Below, piece by piece: positions 1 through 12,970 of a DNA stretch of 64,000 bases. This DNA is from Azolla caroliniana (Eukaryota > Plantae > Polypodiophyta), in assembly GCA_043228905.1 (NCBI GenBank), contig JBHGNT010000012.1, forward strand, positions 17,050,001 through 17,114,000, in the 5' to 3' direction. Numbering within the stretch: the stretch's first letter is position 1; every line of letters begins with the position of its first letter. The translations under genes and the position numbers were made by a program. Under the pieces are notes generated by a model that ran no database searches, had not been told where the DNA came from, and saw only the letters and a list, made by a program, of their open reading frames with translations.

Positions 1-2810
1 GTTAGTTTGCATTTTACTAAAGCAAAATACATTTTAAATGTGTTTGAAGCTCCAAATAACACTACGTTATAAGTGTATTGCTTTGATTTCATTTTTCTTA
101 GGGACGCCTTTGTGCAACACGTTCTTATAATGTGCTTCATGAAAAGATAGTAACTCATAAAGCAATGTGGACTGAATGTCTTAGAAATAATCTTACAAGT
201 GCTCTTCTTTTCGGTGGAAGAATGTAAGCCTTCCTTTAAACACTAAAAGTAGCTTTAATTATACAATGATTTAACACAAAAAACAGAGTACTTTTTACAT
301 AGTGTTGATCACAATTGCAATGTTTTTATCGATTGTATATTTATGTCCATTGTGTATATGACTTTTTGAAAAACTAAAAAAACTCCAGGAGGTACTGCCA
401 CTTACAACTACATCTATATGAGCCAATACAAGTTAACAACATCAACGTGTCTTATAACACAAGAATATGATTTTTGTATCTTACCACACCACACCAACAT
501 CAATCACCACATAATTTAGATGATGTGAGTTACAACAATATATCTTTTGAAATCATACTGCTATACTTCCATTCATTTAACTTCACCACATGTTGTTTGT
601 GTATCGAAAATATGGTGTCGTAATTATTACATCTAGTTGCAATGTTGCTTGAAATATTACCAAGCATTGATCCTTGGTATACATTAACAAAATCTCTATT
701 TATACTACATATCCACACAATCATTAGTATGGTAAATCCCCAACCTAGTCATGCTATCCTTTGATTAACATCAACTTGACACACATTTCATGTTGACATG
801 ATCACACTTTATTATGCATTGGGAGGAAACACTTATATTAAGATGTACAAAGTTTAAGAGGAAGTCTTATCAATGTTTTTGGGGATCCTTAACAAAATAC
901 TTGAAAGCAAAGATATTGTTGTGGCCATTTAGAAACATGTGGAGATGACTAGAAAACCAGGGGAAAACAAGAGATTGTATGCTTAATGCTAAGCACGATA
1001 AAAACAACATTGTCTTTACACGTAATGTTAGAGACTAATTTCAACATTCTTACGTGACAAACTATTTGAACTTTGCAACGTTATGCGGTATGAAACTTAT
1101 GCAATTTAAGCATTAAAAAGAACACAAGAAAGTTCAAAGAAAATGTGAAGAGTAATGGTAAATCCATGTGAATGTTAGAATAGATCAAAATGTGTTGTCT
1201 TTTATTTTCTTGCAGTCTAAAGAGAGCAAATTATGAATATCAAATTCAACTTACATTATCGAGTGTTTTAGCTTCATGCTATAACATGTGATTAGCATCA
1301 TAACTACAATGATTAAAGATATAATAATTCTAATTAGAGTGTGATTAATGTTGATGTACTTAATGATAATACAATCCTACATGTGTCATGTCTCTCTCTC
1401 TCAATACATTATGCATGAAGAATGCCCCAAGATAAGAATATATGAAATGGTAAGACTCCCCTAGTGGAATAATGTAAGGTTATAAGGTTCAACTCTCCAA
1501 TAATGTGTTATATCATTAAAAAAAGTTAATGTTTTTAGCTTGAAATAATGCACTATATATGGTTTTTGTAAATTCATTGTCCATAACCCAATGGTTGAAA
1601 CTTGACAACAATACTAGCTAGTAAAAACCATAGAATTGTAAATACAAATGCCCATAATATTTGTCATTTTTGAACCATAGGGACAAAAAAACATATGTTG
1701 TTATTTCATAGGTGTGAAATGACTCTACATCGGAGATATGGCTTGAATGCATCAAAAGTAGAGTTGTGATGATAAAACAAAATGCTCACTTTTATTTATT
1801 GACCCTCTCGTTATTTCTCTTACTTTCTTGTACACAAGAGCCATGTTGAATCCTATCATTATTTCAACCATATTTAGGAATCAAAAGAAAAGCAGAGTGA
1901 ACCTTTAGTAGTTGGGTCATATACATCATACCATTTTGATGTGTTATTTTTTCGTAGAAAACTCATATTTACTATGTAGACCGAACTAGAAAATCTATTG
2001 GAAATAGTGTCACACATATGTATAAGATAAATGCACATCGAGCTGATGCCCCATGTTATTTCATTTGTCCCATATACCTACCATCATAGCCAAAGGTGGA
2101 AGATAACAAAAGGCTCAACTTTTTCTAGCAAGTACTACCACGTACTAGGCAAGACACAATAACCATTGACGGTATGGTTGCATCAACCTTCTGACAATTT
2201 TGTTTATAAATCCTTTTTCTTTTCAATAAATGATCGTTAGCAGGACGAGACACTTCTCTTATATTTGATTAATGAAGTGGATGATGCAACATTCATTTAC
2301 ATGTTGACTCAACCATCATTTGATTTATGGAGACCTAATTAGTATATCTCATTAGCAAACCAATCAGGTTACTTAATGAAAGAGACGATCATGTCTAAAG
2401 AGAAAGTAATACAGAAAACAATACGGAAAAAGTTGTAAATTATATTGACTTTTTTAGAAAAGGACAGAGTGCAATGAATAAATATTGGTTACATGCTAAT
2501 AATTAGACAACTTAAATCCTTCATTAAGAATTTTAAATACACAACATTTAAGACATACAAAAATGGTTTGCATCGGCAAATGAGGTTTGATTATATAATA
2601 GAGCTCATGTAGGTAAACATTTTACAACTTCTTTTCTATGTAGATTGTAAATAAAGAGCTCCTTTAATGTAAACCCAATTCCTAAACATTAACATACACA
2701 TTTGATAAATGAACCTTTTCAACAAAAATGATAGAATAAGTTCACTTTTTTAGCATATAAACAAACATTAAATTTTTTTTTATAGCAACAGATACCTCAA
2801 CATATTCAAC

Positions 2811-5734
2811 TTTTTTTTTGAAAAGATACCAAATTAGTATTAAGGAACACCATGAGGTTATACAAGAAATTATATACATGCATGCAATTTCCCTTTTTTT
2901 AAGCCGAGGTTAAGTTCTAGCTATCGGTCTAAATAAATTTGTATAGCTACACTTTTTTACCAAATAAGAATATACTCCATTAGTTAAAATGACATTCAAT
3001 ACACAACTTTAGTCCCTTTAACGGGTAGTCATTACCTACTTCTATATGGGTTACATCACTTATTTATCTTACACTCAATAACCCACATGTTTGTTCTCTA
3101 GGTTTCTCATGTCATTCACGCCCCTCTTTCATCTAATGGGAGGGGGGAACAACCATCTAGGTACTACGTACTACTAATGTATATCCACTCCAGTTTCTGT
3201 AGCCATCGGTGTAGTACACCATCATTTCTGAAATTCAGCCTCATTAATTCTGAAGCATTATCTTTTCCATAAGTCTGCTCATATTGGGCCCTCAATTTAG
3301 TTATTAATGTGTGCCATATTAGCTTAATAGATTCTGATGGAGGCCGTTTGTTTGCTGAAAATACCCTGGTACATCTTGTTGTCCATATGCTCCATATGAT
3401 AATGGATGCAAGCAACATCCATAGATCTCCAATTTTCTGCTTCTGGGCATTAATTGTAGTTGCCTTGTTATCAGTGATCAATCGAATAGTTCCGTTCTCC
3501 CCTCTGTACATTGCTTTGCATCTGCTATCAAATTTGTCCACATCATCATCAAGACAGTTCCAACAAGCATGTCCCCATTTGAGGGTAAATGATCTAGAGG
3601 CATAGCATAACAATCGTAATGCCCTTCCCCATACAACCGTTGCCTCATGACATTCCCATAAACAATGGGAAATGCTTTCTAGTTGTCCACATGCACTACA
3701 TCTAGGGTCTACATTGGGGCCTTTAGCTCACGCCCCTACCGGCAAGGCTCTATGCACAATAAGACATAAGCACATCATTATCTTGCGGTCACCACCGTCA
3801 TGCCATATCATTTTCCAGAATTTAGCTAATCTCCTTTCACTAATGCCCTCTTGTATCCAAAATTTACGAGCAACAATATCTTTGTGTTCTTGTTTTAGAA
3901 TAATTTGCCTCCCGATTTTCGTGTTGTACTTGAAAAATTGAACCAACTTGACACCATCAATTTGTCCTTGAGTTCTCTAGAAATACATCGTTGGGTCCCA
4001 TGATAGCTGATTTGAATGCCCTTCTATCAGCCAACACATTGTTGTTGGTTTGATCTCACTCGGCTTGGGGACAACCATCATATCCTTTCCATTTTTTGCA
4101 AGCCACCTAATCGGCCTTTCAGTTTGATAGGCTGGTTGCTCACATGTTACCATTCCATGCTCTATTTTGTAGTAGCAAGCCTTGTTAGATCCTGCTTTCA
4201 ATCCCTTAATTCCAATTAGATAATTTTCAACATCTATAAGTCCCGTCCATTCAATTTCGGAGGGACTCATAGCTTCATCTTCCAAGGTTTGCCTGATGTG
4301 TGCAATGGCATCTGTAATCCTCATTACCATATTCTAGCCTTTTGAGTGCCCACATCATTAGACAGAAATTTCTCCCAATTTGCCAATGCATTCCCTTGGG
4401 CATTGATTAAGTTGGCCCATTTGAAGCCTGCTTTTTGTCCTATCATCAACCCATCCACATCTCTGATGAGTGGGTTCCAAACAATAGGCATGTACATTTG
4501 GGCATATGCATCATTTCTCCACCTACAAATGATTCCCTTTCTGATTCCTTGCCATGCCTTCATAATTCCAACAACACATATACTCTGTGTACATCCCCGG
4601 TATTTGCGTCGCATTTCTGGCACAAACCCCCAAAAAGCACTACTTCGCCAACTTCCACCTTGTCTTGGCAACCACATCCTCCATTTGTGTCTCCAAAGAA
4701 TTTTCCAAGGTGCCTCAAGTGGTTGCAAGCTCCTGACCACCAATTTTCCTAGCAAGGCCTTTGTTTGCACCACAGGATCTATTAGTCCCACCCCACCATC
4801 ACTTTTATCTTTTATAAGTGTGGTCCATGCAACCTTTGCACAAGCATGTTTTTCCTGTGTCCTCCCATAAGAAATTTCTGATAAGCCTTTTTATCACTTT
4901 CATCGACTTGGGCATGATTATCCAACATGCTGTAGTATGCCATATTGTGGCCATTAGAACTTGATTTGCAATCACAATCTTGCCTGCAAAGGATAATTTT
5001 CTTGCATTCCACCATATTAGCTTCGATTTTATTTTGTCCACAAGTAGATTGTAGTATTCTGAATGATCAATGTCCATACCGATTTTGAAACCCAAGTATC
5101 TAGTAGCTTCTCCTCTCCTCGGCCATCTGAAATTGGGGTCTGGAGCCCAATTTACCACAGGCTTATCGCTAATCCAAATGCCCACTGATTTATTCTAGTT
5201 TATTTTAGCACTCGATCCCCTACAAAACTCATTTATTGCCCTTTGTAGTCTGTCCAAGTTGTTTGCATCCCCCTTAACATAAGTTGTTGAATCATCAACA
5301 TATTTTGTATCAAGCATCATTCCTGCATCCTCGGGTAGGGGAAGGCCTTGTATTTGCCAATATCTATCAACAATATGATAATGCAAAGCTTTTGCTGCAA
5401 TAATGAATGTGCATCCTTGGCGAACCGATCGTGTCATCCTAAAGCTCTTCCCAAAGCTTCCAGACATTAAAACCTGGCTGGAAGCATCCCTATGAAAGGC
5501 AGCCGTTCCAAGGATCCATTGTTGCCCGAAGCCTAGGGCATCCATCACTACTTCTAGGAATTCCCATGAGATCCTGTCATATGCTTTTTCGAAGTCGAGT
5601 AACATTACTGCTAGGTCCACTTCTTGCTCCTCCACCCATGCTAAATTCTCCCAGAAAGTTATCACATTGTCAACAATGCTCTGGTTTTCTAGGAAGCCAG
5701 TTTGTGTTGTATGTATAATGTCCCCTAGTACCGT
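2811..5734 (-). mobile_element. L1-clade LINE, 3' half (decayed ORF2: RT, C-terminal zinc-finger region, 3' UTR, poly(A))
   Basis: Minus-strand ORF fragments contain QTGF, LLDFEKAYDRISWEFL, SVRQGC, YVDDST, RYLGF, GKIVIANQVL and a C-x2-C...HCLWEC zinc finger (~3650-3720). A T9 tract at 2811-2819 is the poly(A) tail. Many stops and frameshifts. Confidence 0.92.
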
Positions 5735-6372
5735 TGTCGTGAAGAAAACCGTCCACAAGCGGAATCGGTGTACCGGAGCGTAGAAACTGACTCTTCATGC
5801 ACGTGCGCCTTAAGTTGTACATAGGAGATCCTAGGTAAATTCGGTAGGTAGGGAGTAAAGGGGGGAAACGGCTCCTTCCTTGCCTATAAAAGGAGGGAGA
5901 CGAGGAGAGTAAGGGGATCGCGGAGAGTCGAGGACGAAGTGCTGTCGGTTTGCGTGCGAAGGCTTCTCTCTGTCTCTCTTTCCGGTTGCAAACGCCATAG
6001 CTTCCTTCTGTGCAGGTTTCGGGAGGCTCGCGCTGCTCTGAGGAATGCCCGAGTGCTTCCGGCAGCACCTCCAACCTACTCTTTCCCCTCTGTGCGTTTA
6101 TGAGCAGGTATCGGCATCTGTTCGCCGGCCTGTTCGGTTGTAACCGACTTCGTGTTTGTTGTCTTCGTGTTCTTGTTGTTTGTCTTGTCAATACATACAT
6201 ACTTTCGTGTCTTTCTGTGTCGCTGTTCCATTCGCGTCTTTGCGTCAAAGGGCCGTGTCCCTGTGAATCTACACTCGCACGTAGTGGGTCCCTTCTCTCT
6301 CTCTCTTACTCTTCGGTACAGGACCCCCGAGGTCCCGCCTCACTCCACGCATCTGCGAGGAATACCTCGACA
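5735..6372 (+). repeat. Family A Ty3/gypsy 5' LTR (copy A1)
   Basis: TGTCGTGAAG...CCTCGACA termini, TATAAAA at ~5885, near-identical to 32619-33238 (reverse complement), followed by a PBS and gag. Confidence 0.95.
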
Positions 6373-6376
6373 TATT

Positions 6377-6394
6377 TGGTGAACCCGACGTGAA
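6377..6394 (+). promoter_or_regulatory. Primer-binding site complementary to the tRNA-Trp 3' end
   Basis: TGGTGAACCCGACGTGAA, 4 nt after the LTR, is the reverse complement of the plant cytosolic tRNA-Trp 3' end (...TTCACGTCGGGTTCACCA, recalled from memory). Confidence 0.85.
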
Positions 6395-6416
6395 AGAGGC
6401 GGCAGAAGAGCAGAAG

Positions 6417-7142
6417 ATGAGGGGGTCGGATCTTGCAGAGGCCATGGCTTCGGCCGTGGATCGGATATTGAGCACACGCGAGGGCACCGGTGCCCTCGAC
6501 AGAGCCATTGAGGCGGTTGTCGGTACGATCGGCCGTTTCAGCGGAAAGGATGCTACGAGGTATTTGGCGTCCTACGGGGCGGAAATGCTGATGTGGGACA
6601 TTCCGGAAGAGAGGCGTCTTGCTGGGTTCCCTCGAGTGGCGATGCCGAGCATCCATGCGGAGGTGCTCGAGGTACGGGCGGAGAGCCGTACCTGGGAGGA
6701 GTTCGAAGGCCGACTCCTAGAGAAATATGGGCTGGACGACGTGCTCCGGCTTTCGAAACGGGACTTCATGGAATGGGTGGAGTCCCCCGGCAAAGGAAGA
6801 AACGCGTCGGCACTCCTCCGGGAGTTCGAAGAACGCTTTGCGCGCCTTTCGGCGCTTGACCGAACTATCCTGGATACGAGCCGGGTCCTACTGTTCGTCA
6901 AGTCGGTGGACGAGCGGGACCGGGATCAAGTCGGCTCCTTGCTGGAAACTGAAGACGGGTTGATGACCGACTGGGCTGCGGTTAAGAGAGTCTGTGGCCG
7001 TTTCGACAAACGGCGAGAATGGGCTGACAACGGGGCGGCCGGTGCGGGCTCTGTTACAAAGGACTGCGGCGATTTCGCAGAGGCGTTGAGAAACAGGGTG
7101 GTGTACCTGTGGGAAGGCCGGGTGCACGCTAGCGACACCCGG
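6417..7142 (+). pseudogene. gag: Family A gag, N-terminal part (internally deleted and truncated)
   Basis: ORF directly after the PBS (GRFSGKDATRYL...LLETEDGLMTDWAAVKRVC), homologous to 16281-17012 and to the element I ORF. Confidence 0.85.
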
Positions 7143-7506
7143 CATACGAAAGATATTATTTTCATTTAAGTTTTACTATAGAAAATTGATGTATATTCCA
7201 GATTTCTCTGGAACATTCTAGAAACTTCAGGAGTACTCCTTAGAACACTATAAAAGGAGGCACAAAACATTATTTCGAACCAAATCGGTTCAACGCCAGT
7301 CTTAAGCCTTCGAGCTACTATTGTATATTTTCTTAACATAATATATATCTTTTGTTATCATCATTCTCTCTCTCTCTCTCACGCTTTCCTTCTCTCGAGA
7401 GTTCTACACCTCCCTTAGTACTAATCCTCATCTTTTAGTACTAATTCCTTCTCTGTCTTAGTATTGTTCCTGACAATACTTCTTTGTCTTAGTATTGTTC
7501 CTGACA
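7143..7506 (+). repeat. Truncated LTR of an unassigned family
   Basis: AT-rich, TATAAAAGG at ~7249, (CT)n tract, ends in TGACA with a duplicated terminal ~25-mer (GTCTTAGTATTGTTCCTGACA x2). The 5' end is missing. Confidence 0.55.
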
Positions 7507-10500
7507 CAAAGAACCTGTGGTCAATATCATTACGACCGAAGTTCAACACGTCACAACTAGGACCAAGGCACACTCCACGCAATGGGATACCCAGGATGAT
7601 GTCTCTCAATCCGCAAAGGAAGGGATCGAGAAAGCAATGCAGACGTCGACCGTATGCATACCGAGATGAAAGATATAACTGTTGGCACGTCGGCCTCCTC
7701 ACAACCCACCAGGTTGCTAGATGAAGATCCCATTTGGCAGGCACTCACTAGCTGCCAAGTATCCATGCCCTTAAACAAGCTTCTGCAACTACTTCCACGG
7801 TTTAAGGACACGGTGGCATCCTTAACTACCGGAAAAGAGTAGACAACTATGCCTGTGCACCTTGCCAAGCCGAGGGAAGGCCCACCACTAATGGACTCCC
7901 AGAATCCGGTTGTAAAGCTCATTATTAAAGGGCGGGATGTTCACGGTTGCATTATCAATGGGGGATCCGGGGTTAATGTCATTAATGAAACCATGTGTCG
8001 TGATCTTGGCATTACCCAATGGGAATCATGCTTGTTTTGGCTTCGTATGGTGGATACACGATTTGTCCGGCCAATGGGGTTAATTTGCCACTTCAACTTT
8101 ATTCGGGGAGGCCACATTTTCACAATTTCGGTGGTGGTGTTATGCCTTGATGCTCCTGGAGCTTACCCAATGTTGCTCGGTCATCCTTGGTTATGCACGG
8201 CCAACATTAAGCAGCATTGGCAGCGCGGGAAAACCAAGGTATGTGTCACCACAGAGGAGCGCATCTATACCCCACAAGTCACCACTCCATTACATGTGGA
8301 ATCCATTCACATGCTCGATGGACTTGTTGACGAGGAAGTGGACCACTTCCTAGAGAACCACCCAACGATTGTCCTGATGTTCGATATCGACATTGTAACC
8401 GTCGTCAGCCCTTATGTTTCCGAGCCGGCCAAAGAAGACAAAGATATCGACCGAGAACCCAATCCGAACTTGGTCGAAGAATTACGTTGTGCACGCGAAG
8501 CGCTCGAATGGGAGCTTGCCATATCTCAATGTGTGAAGGCATCAACATTGGACGAGATTAACCTCGGCACCACCACTAATCCACGAACTCTGAAAATAGC
8601 AAAAGAACTGACTCCCAATGAACACTTAGCGTTGGTCGAGTTGCTCACGGAATACCACGAATGTTTTTGCATGGTCGTACAATGACATGAAGGGGTTAGA
8701 CCCGCAATACTATCAGCACTAGATCCATCTATAGCATGATGCACGACCTGTACAACAACGTCGCTACAAAAGGAATTCCAATTATGCGGCAAAAGTGGAG
8801 GAAATCGACAAACTCCTCAGGGTGGGCTTCATTCGGCCAGTAAAAAAGGCAACATGGTTAAGCCCTATCGTGGTCGTCCCAAAGAAAAACGGACAAATCA
8901 GGGTTTGCATCCACTATCGAAAGTTGAACGCCGTGACCATCACCGATGTATTTCCTCTCATGTTTATGGATGGTGTGCTCGATGTTGTGGCAGGGCATGA
9001 GTGCTATATTTTTTTGGACAGATTTAGCGGGTATAATCAGATCCGCATGCACCCCGACGACAAAGAGAAGACAACATTTGTCACAGAATGGGGTGTGTTT
9101 GTGGCAGTTGTAATGATGTTTGGCTTGAAGACGAGACCAACCACTTTTCAACGTATCATCGCCGAAATTTTTGACAACTACATTTCAGCTTTCATGTAAG
9201 TCTTTCTCGACGATTTAGCCATGTATGGCTGGCATATAAAGCATCTCGACCAGTTATGCCTTTGCCTCGATCATTGTCACCAAGCTCGGCTAAGTCTAAA
9301 CCCCACAAAATGTGCATTTTACATCTCTAGCGGCACCCTGTTAGGGCACATTATTAGCCATGAAGGAATTTCTATGGACCCCGAAAAAGTGCAGGCCATC
9401 TTGAATGCCCCGACTCCACACATGGCAAAAGCCCTCGGCCGATTTTTGGGGCAAATCAGGTGCCACAGTCGAATGCTACGATACCTGGCCGAGTTCGCGA
9501 CAACGTTACACGCGGCGATGCATCGAGTACCTTTTTGATGGATGGAAACAAAAGAAGAAGCCTACAAATCCCTCAAGGTCATCCTCCCGCACGCACCGGT
9601 GGTGCAATCGTCCAACTGGTCACAACCTTTCCACCTTTTCGTCGACGCATCCAACGTGGACATCGAGAGTGCTCTCATGCAAATGACACCTCCAAACCGG
9701 TATCGACCAGTGTACTATGCTAGTAGAAGACTTTCGATAGCCAAAAAGAATTTTTCAAAAAATGGAACGTGAAGCACTTGGAATGATATACAACATCACA
9801 AAGTTTCGGCACTATCTGCTCAGCCAAAAATTTACGTTCCGCCTCGATCACTCGGCCTTATTGTATTTAGTCACCAAGCAGGCACTAACAAGCCGACTGG
9901 CACGATGGATGTTGGTTCTACAAGAATTCGAATTTGACATACACCATCGGCCAGTGGTACAACACACGATCACAGACTATCTGAGTCGGCTTGAATCGAG
10001 GGAACTAGCCGTAACCATATACGACAATCTCCCCGACGCCAACATTTTCAGTATTGACCTTGCCATACAACCGGCCGAATCCGAGGATTCGTGGATTAAC
10101 GAAATGATTCACTTCCTTAGCACGGGACTCCCAGTCGAACACTTGCCCCTTGATGCCAACAAGTAGTTAGTAGTTCGAAGCCAAAATTTTTGTCTCTTCG
10201 CGAATATGCTCTATCACAAGGGTTCGGACGGCATTTGGCGACAAGCGGTGAGACAGTTCGAAAAGGACGCAATTCTCTAAGAAGCTCATTATGGGATAGC
10301 TGGTGGGCACTATGCTAGCCACGCCATGACTTGGAAAATTTGGCAAAACAGCTTATGGTGGCTAACAATGCAAAAAGACACCCACGAATTCTGTCGAGAA
10401 TGCAATTTATGCCAGCGCATGGGCTAGCCCACTAAGCAAGCAGGAATGCCTCACCAGTCGATTCTTCCGCTAGAGCCTTTCTAGAAGTGGGGCCTGGATT

Positions 10501-11438
10501 TCGTTGACCCATTCAAACCAGCCGCAGCTCGCATAGGACATAAATATATAATAGTCGCGACCGATTATTGCACCAAATGGATCGAAGCGAAGGCACTTCG
10601 TGATAGCACGACCATGTCTACTACGAAATTTGTTTACGAATACTTATGGTGTTGATTTGGCTACCCGATCAAGCTCGTCAGCAACCAAGGAGGTCATTTC
10701 CTCAATCGACTTATTCGAGATCTCACGACACACTACGTGGTGGTTCATAAGAAAAGCACGTCATACTATCCGCAAGCAAATGGCCTGGCCAAGTCAACAA
10801 ATAAGACTCTACATAACATTCTCAAAAAACTCTTGAATGAACATCGAACTGATTGGGATGATAAGCTTCATAGTGCACTCTGGAAGTATCAGACGACGTT
10901 AAAAACAAGCATCAAATCAACACCTTTTCGTCTGGCTTTCAGGTTGGAAGCGGTCATGCCTATAGAATTCCAGGTATTGAGCCTACGAGTACAAATCACC
11001 GAATGACTTCCTGAGGCCAAGTTAGAGCAGGAACGACTCGAACAATTACTAGAAATCGGAGAACATCGGATCGCCAGTTTGACCAAATTAGAACACAACC
11101 AACGGCAACGGAGAGCCTTCGTCGACCGCTATCGAAAGGGCTCAGAGAAATCATTCAAAATTGGTAAACCGGTTCTCATTTTTAAAACTCGGCTCGGCTC
11201 GATGCCAAGGGAGCTCCGTTTCCGATGGACAGGGCCCTTTTGGGTCACTAACGAATTTATTAGGACATTCCAGCTCGGGACAGTAGCCGGTGACATCATG
11301 CCAAAATGGGTCAATCGGTTTTGGTTAAAACCGTATCTCAGCCATCCAAACCCTTTTGCCGATAAGCAACACGAACATGATCAACCCACGGTAGGTGAAA
11401 TGGAGGATCACGGGGGCCAGTCGCCCCGATCACGGTAA
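7507..11438 (+). mobile_element. pol: Family E non-chromovirus Ty3/gypsy (copy E1): decayed gag end-protease-RT-RNase H-integrase
   Basis: Motifs IINGGSGVNVI (PR), WLSPIVVVPKKNG...FSGYNQI (RT), FVDASN...EREALGMIY (RH), KWGLDFV...YPQANGLAKSTNK...GPFWV (INT), in gypsy PR-RT-RH-INT order. Many stops. Confidence 0.93.
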
Positions 11439-11899
11439 CGACCCTACCTACCCGAAAGTATATCTGAAATTGTATACTATGTATTTAAAAATAAACAATT
11501 TAAAATAAAATAAAATAAAAGAGACCCACTAAGTATTTAAGAAGCATGCACGACATACGAGAAAAGAAAGAGAAAAGAAAGTACAAATGGTTTCGACGTG
11601 TGATCTTTAAACCTTATTATGGCAGGCAAGATTTTGAATCTAGGGCACAAGGCCACGTCTCGAGAACCAAGGTGAATACATAAAGCAGGGAATCTGAGGC
11701 ATAACCCTCACACATGCACAGACGCACATAGTCTTCAAGCTCTCTCGCTCTCTCCCTTAGCACACTACTTATCTGTGCTTTACCCCCACCCAATCCACTA
11801 CCACACCCCGCCGAACCCTCACTTTCCCCGCCCCAACCACTCAGGTGAAACCACAACGACCTTTATAGTTAGCTCAAGAAGAATGGCAAGGTGATACAC

Positions 11900-12594
11900 C
11901 TGCCCGAACTCCAACCTCACCACGACTAAACAAAGATGTTAAGGCCCAGGAGCCTAAAGACAGTATCACCATAAGAGGGCACCAAAAACCTAAGTCATCT
12001 ACACTGATGGAAAAACCGAAACTAAAATTGGCCAGCCTGCGACAAGACCACCGGGAGGAGACTCGGGCAACCACCAGCATTAGCAAACAATCCTCCCGGG
12101 AGTAACCAAAACAGTTTCGAGAAGAATCAGCAGACACACAGAGGAGCCCCGCCAAGAAACACCGCAGGTTGCAATGCCATAGTGAAGAAAGAAATCAAGG
12201 GGACTCTTCGGCCGTGAATCTGCAACTAGTCGTCACTCCCAAAAAAACCATCATTATCATCACGGACAAGGCCTTGTCCTTAACAGGAAATACCCAATTC
12301 TCAGAGGAAGAAGTGTTGACCTTTAGGGACATGCCCGCCGAATCCTATGAGCTCGGCACAATCTTATAGCACGGCATGACGTACGAGCTAATCGACTTCC
12401 TCGCTCGTCTCCAGGTTGCTGCAATAACATGTATGGCCCAGGAACATTTCGAGCAACAGATGGTCCAGCGGCTGCTCACCAATGAGCTTGAATTGGGCAA
12501 GGAGGCACAACTTCAGAAAATCGGCTGGAAGTGGGTAATTGAAACCCATCGTGCAAGAATTCAGCCACCTGAAAAAGATTATGTGCGGAAGCAA
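11900..12594 (+). pseudogene. Family E additional 3' ORF downstream of integrase (decayed)
   Basis: Sense ORF fragments 12169-12369 and 12376-12597. The QKIGWKWVIETHRARIQPP segment is homologous to 63225-63300 (-). Confidence 0.55.
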
Positions 12595-12970
12595 TAGAAA
12601 ACCGAACATAGAAAATACGCAGGTTTAATGGGGAGCTTGAATATACACAATACGCGGGAGAGACAGAGAGAGAGAACACACAGAAACTCAATACAGAATA
12701 ATACTCAATCTATACATACACTGTGCTCAATGAGCACCTTTTATACAAGCCCTGGCAATAGGGCTGACACAAGTACTGACAGTACTTGATCACTCATAAA
12801 TGAGCCTACTACACTAACTCCCAAAATTATTCCTTACTAGGAATATCTTCCCAATGGCCTCGCGGTTTTCACACCGATACGGCCATGTTGTGCGTACTGA
12901 TTTACGCACCCAATCTACGCACTGGGTTACGCATCGTATTATGCACGAATGTTGAGCTTGTCTCTCAACA
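12595..12970 (-). repeat. Family F copia 3' LTR (copy F1)
   Basis: Preceded in sense by PPT CTTGAGGGGGAG (12971-12984). Starts TGTTGAGAGACAAG and is highly similar to 63355-63705. Confidence 0.88.

Noticed and set aside
2030-2200. Faint resemblance of a minus-strand translation to RNA polymerase subunit motifs
   Set aside because: Too few matching residues and interrupted by stops. Not supportable by eye.
2770-2830. TSD for the LINE
   Set aside because: No convincing match between the sequence beyond the poly(A) and the region near 28930-28990. The LINE 5' boundary is uncertain.
5670-6393. ORFs inside family A LTRs (also 32528-33360 and 24156-24929)
   Set aside because: Frames and lengths differ between LTR copies, the content is low complexity, and there is no support for translation.
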